Under the pieces are notes generated by a model. That model had not been told where the DNA came from. It saw nothing but the letters and a program-made list of their open reading frames with translations, and did no database searches. DNA of 56,749 bases, filler included, from Porpidia crustulata (Eukaryota), in NCBI GenBank assembly GCA_964255105.1. It is 2 parts of 2 records of this genome, joined end to end, with 100 filler letters (N's around TTAATTAATTAA, not from the genome) between each part and the next. Parts side by side here need not be neighbours in the genome. Positions count along the whole stretch, not along the records: positions 28,673 to 56,749 come from CAXUWE010000030.1; 1 more part is not named here. One strand, 5' to 3'. Positions within the stretch are counted from its first letter, which is position 1, and every line of letters starts with the position of its first letter. The translations under genes and the position numbers were made by a program. Below are positions 48,857 through 56,749 of the stretch, piece by piece.

Positions 48857-50744
48857 TCAGAAGAACCTACTCAACTCCAATGGCTGATACCGACACCGTT
48901 CCTCATGCTCCCACCACTTCTTCCCTCCATGGTCCGATGCATTCCAGAGCCCCCTACATCCGTGATCCCGCTTGACCGTCGCTTCCGCCTTCCCACTCGT
49001 CAGATCCATAAAATCAATCACGGCCTCGTCGCTGCCTGGCACATCTGGATCAAGACTGTAGGCGATCTTCGAACCAATAGTGCCCATGAATCCGTTGAAG
49101 TCGTAGATCTGCCCTACCACACCGTCGGCTTCGATGATGACTTTGAACGCAACAGTCTTCTGCGCTTCTTCAATGCGCTGCTGCGCTTGCTTGCGAGCAT
49201 CCACCAGATTTCGCTTGAGAGGGTCTAGGGCGGCAGACAGGCCAGGCCGCTGGGAACCACGGTATTTGTCTCTGGGATATTCGAGTTGGGCCCTTGGTTT
49301 GCAGAGTGCTTGGAGGAGCCCGTGATGATCGGAGGGTACTCTGATGGCGCGGAGCTGAGGGAAGCCTTCTGCCCGGATAGAACTTGCTAGATTCTCGTTT
49401 GCGGACCCAGGCTGTAGAATATCCCAATGTAAGGTTCTGAGCTGTTGAGAGGCGATGATGGGTTGGAACACAAGCTCCCCAGGGGCAACTTCGGGAGAAC
49501 TCTCTTGAACCAATGTGAATCGTTCCATGCGGTTCAGATGGAGCAGCAAATTTGAAACAGCCGACAAATACGTGATATCCAAGTTTATCAGGGAAAGGCG
49601 TTGGATGCCCTGCGCAGCTATGGTGCGAGAGAATTCGGACAGCCCCCAAAAGGTAACACCTTCGAGATCTTGAAGCCGCAGGGATTCAAGTGGCGGTAAC
49701 CTTTGCAGTATGCCATCATCGAAATCGTCCATGTGAAATGAGGAGACACATAGATGTTTGAGTGATGGCAGTAGATGGAGAGTCTCAATCAGAACCTCAC
49801 GTTCAAGAATCCCTTGGTTGTGTGAATGTAGAAACAATGTTGTCAACGATGTCCAGCTGATGTGGCTCATCAGGAATCCCTCGACTTGCTCTTCAGCCAT
49901 GAGACCTGGTGGTAGTTGCTTTGTTGACCGCTGCATAATGTCCTTATTTTCCCCGATAATCCAGGCGTGCTCCTTCAATTTCCTCCGAGTCGACAAAGCA
50001 TGTGTCAATCGGTCAAATTCGTGCCCATAGACCGGGTAGAATCCAACAATTTTCTCTAGATTAGGACAAGCCATAACTATTGATGCAGCAATATCGATGA
50101 TATCCTTTCGAACGGGCTCTTCATCCGGCTGCGTTCGAGGAAATTTTATTTCATGCACATACTGCGCCAATACTCTCCGCTCCCGTAAAGTTCTCCTTAA
50201 AAGCTTCAGCCGCACCCCAAATTTCAACTTCAGTTTCTTCATCTGGTCCTTGTGATCAACTCCCACAATATAAATCCGCTCATACCTATGTTAAATACAT
50301 GATCAGCTCCATTGGAACGGACTGGAGATGTGCGTCCATCACTTACAACCTCACCCTTACGGCCTTATCCCACGCTCTACTGGTGAGGGCAAGCGAGCAT
50401 AGATCCCTAAGATAGCATGTCTGGCAACTGAGTGCCGACGGATTTTCATGGAAATTTCTCAGTTGTTGTAGGATACAATCATATACTTCTGGCGGTAAGC
50501 GCTGAAAGACCGGCGGTGGTGGAGCGGTGGACCGTAACTTCTGTTGCGTTGTGTAGGAAGAGCGCTGAGACGGTAGGAATCCTGGATGAACTTGATATGT
50601 AGAATTGATAGATTGCGCAGTCATGAAACTCTCGTACGAGGAGATTGAAGATCGCAGCGAGTTCACATCATGGGACGAAGAGTCCCACGACATAGAGCTG
50701 GATGACGAGCCGGTTGACCCCATCCTCTGCGGCCTGAAGGCCAT
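48857..50744 (-). CDS. F-box-like protein with RNI/LRR-like C-terminal region (2 exons)
   Basis: F-box-like FQRLPPEVYDCILQQL...RDLCSLALTSRAWDKAV, followed by LxxLxL repeats. Intron 50346-50286. Start taken at MAFRPQRM. Confidence 0.8.
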
Positions 50745-52321
50745 GATAGCAGGATCGTAAACCTGGCCGGATCTGCATGTGTGTGAAGTAAGCCTCGAGT
50801 GTAAAATAAAGTATACATCCTTGCCAGGAAAGACAAACCGAGTAGTCAGCGCATCGCTGGGGTCCAGCAACGCCCTCGTCCTCCGATAAGGCTCCATTTG
50901 GTCGTTCAAGCACAAACCAGTCGCATGGAGGGGCACGATTCAATCAACATAAACGGGTAAAGCAGAATGGTAATTGACATTTGGAATGAAACTGGCACAT
51001 ATGTACGGCGCAAACCATGTACGAAAACACAGAAACCACAGACTGTCGAAAGTTGGGGAAATAAAGGTAGGGATGAAAGTTCTTCACAGCCACCTCACGG
51101 ACATTAATTACCCGGACATCAGCCACAGTGAGTGTAATAAGGTAAGGTACCTTTGTTGGCCATAAATTACCAGTAAATTACCTATCTATATGATCATACA
51201 CTAGATCGTAAAGTAGGTATTGAAGGCTTTAACTTCACGATATTCATCATCCAGAATTCATCGTCATTATATGGCCAATTCGATGAGTTTCTATTAATCC
51301 ATGGTTGCTTCATATCATCGTGTTGGCATCAAAGCAACGTCTATCATATGCAAAGTGCAAAAGTCTTGCAGTTCCGATTTCGGAAAACCCAGGTTGTACA
51401 AACATCATCAAGAACGATGTCGATCAATCTCATCATTCATTCTTGATATTCTCTACATTGGATGCGTTGCCAAGAGGCACTGCGTCGCTTGCGACGAAGA
51501 CTCATCTGCATCAAGGCAGACAATAATCAGTTCGATATTCCGCAATGCTCAATTAGCCAGGTGCTCATTTGAAGCTGATAGAAAGACCTCATGCATGCTA
51601 TTGCGACCTAAGATTGCAGCTGAGAAAACAACAAGCTGCAGAGCCCACGTCTGCTCATAGCCGACTTTCGCGATCATGTCCTCAATATTCCCTTTCCTCA
51701 AGAGACGCCAGTATCTACCTACTATTATCTCCAATCACTAGGTGAGAGATACTATAATCCGTAGTCTCTCTCCTCTGGATCCCTTGGTTACTCACTCCAT
51801 CACGCATGAGGACAAAGTAGACCATGAAAATCACGCAAGTGGGAGATTACCGCCAAACCACCGCCCTTAACAGTGTCATGAGCTCCGACGTGGCGCTGAA
51901 CCCGCATCAAAGCCGCAGATGGAACTGAGAAGAGCCTAGCTCTACACTGAACAATTACCAAATGTCCAGTCTGCCATTTTCGGCGTACAATCACGCCGAT
52001 ACGAACCGATTATAGAGTAAATTGTTTTTGGAGCTCCGGTCTGCTACGCTTCTAGTACTTTCATCGGGGAGACATAATTGCCATATTTCAAGATCATTTG
52101 GAGATACGCATCCATTCAACCTCCGGGGATCAAAATCAGGCTAAGAGGACCTTCCTAAGACTTGCAGACATGGAAGGTTCGGTTCGTAAAATTCTGAAAA
52201 GACTAAAACATTCAAACGCACTCCTCATATTCTTGTCTCTGTCAGAGCACTTTGATGGGATGGGATACTTGTTTTCCCCTTTGAGTAGCCATACACATCT
52301 CTGGCCCTGCTGAATCTGTCG

Positions 52322-54308
52322 TCAATGTGCAAACCGGAAATCGAGCCTCCAAGTTTGCGTTCATCAGCCAGCTGTACAATGCTGCACCAGAGTCTAGCAA
52401 AGGGTGTGTCAACAAACCTTTTATTTCCTCGATCCTGTGTAGTCTCAAGATACGATTGTTTTTCTTGATCAGACATCGCGTTCCACTTTCGTTGGCGCGA
52501 CCTATATTGATTTCAGCAACTGGGTCCTTCATAACAGGGGTGTCTTTGATGGGTGAGATCACATACCTGTTTTTTTCCAAATAAAATAGTTTGGCGCCAA
52601 GAAAGAGAGCCATATTGTAAACGCAAATTGCGATAAGTATCTTGTTTCCAGTCTTATACAGAGGTTTGTCTTCGTCTCGATATATCTGTTGCCCCGGTAC
52701 AGCGGTCAGCACTGTTTCTCATTGACCGAATCTTCTCTTGGACTACCTTTCGAAGTGTGCTGAAACAAAGAGTGCTAAACAAGAGGACATCACAAAAATA
52801 CATACATTGGAGCCAATGACGCTACTAGCCTGTACAGTCATATTGTAAAGAGCCGACGCAACAGTCCGAGTTCTCACCGATCCAGCGTTACGGCTCGTGA
52901 TTGCAACTATAATGGCATGGACGTACGGAGCGCCCACTAAGAGCGTGCTTAGCGCCCACTTGACCCACATTCCAGTTGAGCGCGTCGCAGTCTCTAGTGC
53001 ACCAAGGATAGGAAGAGCCCAGATCTGAGAGACAAGCCCCGTGAGAAATCGCTGGTTTGTCTTTTCGGAAACCCAGGTCCACCATAAAAGCTGAGCTATG
53101 AAGAGCACGTAAGCTGGAATGGTGAGAAGATTGGTCTCGAAAGTACTTAATCCGCTAGCTCTGAGCTGCAAGGTAAGATACTGTGTCATCGGGTTAGTCG
53201 GTATCAGCCAGGAGAGGCCTATCAGATAGATGGGCCACATGTCGTAGTCACTAAGACTATACCAGAGCGCACGAGGGGAAAGAGCTTGTCTGTTATGCAT
53301 GTCGCCTTTGCTCGGGTCGTCTCTCAAAATTCGATTCACCATGATCGATTCTTCACGTTCGCTGAACCAACCGTCTTTACCCCGGAACCAACTCTTGGTC
53401 TGCGTGGGTGACGGGGGTAAATAAAGGAAAGAGACGAATCCAATTAAACCTGTGAGGAGGCCCTCCAGCGCAAATAGCCATCTCCATCCAGCGAGGCCAT
53501 GATAGCCTCGTAGATGAAGAATGCCAAATGCTAGGAAGGCGGAGACAATGCTAGTACTTTGATAAGAGACCCAGAAGAAGCTAAGACGGATCGGGAGCTC
53601 AACACTGGTGTAGAAATAACTCAGGTAGAGGATGTTATCTGGAATGAAACCACCTTCAAGCACTCCTAGCAGTGCTCGACACACAAAGAAAGAACTTTTT
53701 CCTTGGAGGCACGCTTGCAAACTGGCGACAAGACTCCAAGAGATCATCTGGATAGGAATCCATCGGTCTGGACCAAGTTTCTTCGAAATGAGCTGCGATG
53801 GCAACTCTGCGCAAAGGAAGCAGATGTAAAAGATTGTTTGACCGGTGTTATAATCGTTGGTATTAATTTTTAGATCATCGAGCATGTTGTCGGACAAGGC
53901 TTGCGAGATGTTACCTCGATCGAGTTGAAGGGCGAAGAACATGAGGCATACCCACGAGCATATTTTGAGATCCAACTGTTGTTGCGGTCAGCAGAAAAAA
54001 ATCTAGTTGGAAACGTATGGCTTTGCATTCTACGCCGAATCAATTACCTTTCGTACCAACCTTATTTCTTCCTTCGACTCCCATTGGAAGTTTGGATCGT
54101 ATCGATGCTTGCCTTCGTAGCTCTTAATCGGACTATAGAAAGATACATCACCAATCGTTTCGAAGGTTCCTTTGTGCTCTGCATAATTGATGTTTGAGGT
54201 GCCTCTTGGCTCGGCGTTGTCCCCTGGGCTGAGCTGTTTCTTGTCGCGATCTGTCTCGAGGGTGTGGAGAGAGGGCATGATGGGTTTTTTAGAAGGGGAG
54301 GAAGCCAT
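52322..54308 (-). CDS. MFS transporter, allantoate permease (Dal5/ACS) family, alternative sulfate/sulfonate transporter-like (5 exons)
   Basis: Motifs LQLDRGNISQAL, ELPSQLISKKLGP, GWRWLFALEG and terminal KRLDFRFAH. Exons 54308-54048, 53975-52806, 52685-52567, 52501-52418 and 52346-52322. Confidence 0.9.
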
Positions 54309-54527
54309 AATAAGGATTTCCAAAGGTTTTCGCGCGGATCCAGATTTGCCTTTCTGCTTGGCTCTGCTTGCGCTTTGCTTAGGCAAATCTAGGATCTCCT
54401 CGAGCAGCTATTAGCCGATACTTGAAAGATCTCTCCTGGAAATCTTTGGATGGGAATCTTAGCTCGTCTATATGCACATTTCTGGGGCCCCACTGCGGAC
54501 GTAGGCATACGAAATGCAACGGGAAGG

Positions 54528-54815
54528 TTGCGCAATGGGATGTTGTCATTCAAGACTGATGCCATTGACCATACACAGTGTTCCGAGCTTGGAGTTCCAT
54601 ACAAGGTTCAGTCGAGCCCATCACCACAAGGTCGCTGGATATGCAACCGAATCAAGCACGCCATTCGCTAACGATATCTGTATTGAGATCGCCCAACATG
54701 CATCGCGGGATCTTCATACAACAGCCATGAGCACCCAAGAAGTACATAAAATCACGTCTTTGGAGATTATGCAGCATGAAATCATACCATTAGTTGCTTA
54801 TGGAAGCACGTGCTT
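54528..54815. promoter_or_regulatory. Candidate bZIP/bHLH sites in the divergent MFS-TauD promoter
   Basis: TTGCGCAA palindrome at 54528-54535, ATGTTGTCAT at 54540-54549 (one mismatch to the CYS-3 consensus ATGRYRYCAT), and AAGCACGTGCTT palindrome at 54804-54815. Confidence 0.4.
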
Positions 54816-54961
54816 AAAGAGGTCAAATGGCCCGCCCCCCCTTCTCTGGTATTGACACGCCGACCAACTCCCGTTCAGTGTATTCATCCTTCATATTCTC
54901 ACGCAACTCTCTTCCCAGGACTACTTGACTCCATCTTCCAATACTTCCATTTAGGTTCGCA

Positions 54962-56448
54962 ATGGCTCCTGGGCTTACAGACTCTCCTGCCGCCGTTGTG
55001 TCCAAAGCACCAGTCGGGCCTAAGGAAATATTCATTGGCAGCCCGAAAGCTTTCAACAAGAAAGCAGAAGAGGAAGGAACAGATAGTCAACCTGCTGCAA
55101 CTCACCCCGAGTATCTCCCAATCTGGGACGCTGGCGAAAAGTAATCCAGTATGTATCCCATAAGTCCGGGCATGATTGACTTTTTCGACAGATACGAACC
55201 GCTCGAACCTTTCACGCACTACGAGCATGGGAAGGATGCTGAACCTACCTTCAAAACCCTTTTTAAAGGTGCGACCTCGATCGCTGAGATTACGCCATTG
55301 ATTGGTAGCGAAATACATGGTATCCAATTGAGCGCTCTCAGCAATAGAGGCAAGGATGAGCTCGCACTGTTCACAGCCCAAAGAAGGGTCGTTGGTCCGT
55401 CTCCCTACTCATAGGCGCCACGCCTAAGGGTTGACCATACCTCGCATAGTTTTCCGTGACCAAGATTTCGCCGATCTTCCGATCGACAAGGCCCTCGAAT
55501 TTGGCAGGTATTTCGGCCGCCCGCACATCCACCCCACTAGCGGCGCTCCTCTAGGTCACCCCGAAGTCCATCTCGTACATCGTGGCGCGGAGGACAACAG
55601 CGCCCGGGATCTCCTCGAAACGAGAACCAACACCATTACCTGGCACTCTGATGTGACGTATGAGAAACAACCTCCGGGAACGACGTTCCTCTACATCCTC
55701 GATACGCCTGATCAGGGTGGCGACACGTTGTTCTCGAGCCAGGTGGAGGCTTATAATCGTCTCTCGCCTGAATTTCAGAAGAGGTTGCACGGGCTTACTG
55801 CGCTGCACTCTGGTATCTTTCCAAGAAGCTCCTATCATAAATTCGCATGACTGACATTGCGATGTCGTACTATAGGCCATGAGCAAGCGTACAATAGCAA
55901 GCTTCGTGGCGGGATCGTGCGTCGTGAGCCTATCACATCCATTCACCCGGTGATCAGAACACATCCGGTAAGGACTATGTATTCACTGTCACAACTCAAC
56001 TTCCTCCACTGAATTATCCACGCTACAGGCCACTGGTGAAAGAGCTCTTTACGTGAACCCACAGTGTAAGTCTCTATCAGGCAGGTAGGCAAGGAAAGGA
56101 CAACCAAATTAACCAATCCCGTGCCTCAGTCACTCGCAACATCATAGGATACAAACAGGAAGAGAGTGACAATCTCCTTAAATTCCTCTACGACCACATC
56201 GCCCTAGGTCAAGATTTCCAAATGAGAGTAAAATGGGTTCCTCGCACTGTGGTTGTGTGGGATGTAAGCAGTACCTATCATACCACCGAAATTCGACGCA
56301 CATTCAAGACTAATTTGATCTTTTAATTCTACAGAATAGGCTTACAGCGCATTCGGCTACGCTTGACTGGAACAATGGGCAGCGCCGACATCTAGCGCGG
56401 ATTACTCCTCAGGCGGAGCGGCCGGAGGAGTCGCTCTTAACCGCATAA
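54962..56448 (+). CDS. TauD/TfdA-family alpha-ketoglutarate-dependent sulfonate dioxygenase, Jlp1-like (7 exons)
   Basis: Motifs VVVFRDQD, WHSDVTYEKQPP, GGDTLF, HPVIRTHP, LYVNPQF and VWDNRLTAH...RHLARIT. Six GT-AG introns join in frame. Confidence 0.93.
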
Positions 56449-56749
56449 GCAAAGGAGAAGAAGATTACGAAGAAAAGTGCTGATGATTCTTGAAGTGTTA
56501 GAACTTGAGACGCGAGAGATAATTAATGTTTAATTAAATTTACTTTACTTTCTTATTCGATTACATGTAATAATTTTTTAATTTTTTTTTATTTCTTTAT
56601 ATTTACGTGCTTATGCAGCCTAGGGCTATGAAGCACGGTGCTATCGAATAATAGATAACACACTTTTCTGTATATCTGTGAATTTAAAGAAATCCACCAA
56701 ATTCGACGCTTTATATCTTCCCATTAATCAATCAGACCGATAATTGGCG

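Noticed and set aside
1..56749. Prokaryotic-type systems (CRISPR arrays, operons, defence islands), rRNA and autonomous transposons
   Set aside because: The DNA is eukaryotic and intron-rich. I saw no spaced direct repeats, rRNA signatures, or transposase or reverse transcriptase ORFs.

Overview
Eukaryotic, intron-containing DNA from a filamentous ascomycete (Pezizomycotina-type gene content; GT-AG introns with CTRAC branch sites). The window holds about 20 protein-coding genes, mostly housekeeping: SmD3, Gep4, a Pah1-like homeobox TF, Dnf3 flippase, Phs1, a SIM-RING protein, Prp19, a DUF4604-like protein, a Ktr mannosyltransferase, an uncharacterised single-pass membrane protein, Yrb1, a DUF1765-like protein, two cyclins, Rsc7/Npl6, Sch9, an F-box-like protein, and a divergent MFS permease/TauD dioxygenase pair. 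An artificial 100-bp contig spacer lies at 28573-28672. The most unusual item is a zinc-dependent deaminase whose HxE and PCxxC motifs sit in two different overlapping reading frames. Other notable items are a GC-rich structured-RNA candidate downstream of SCH9, a TA-flanked MITE, a candidate selective-autophagy receptor, and alternative-isoform signals in SCH9. All exon models and family calls were made by eye, with no database search or folding computation.
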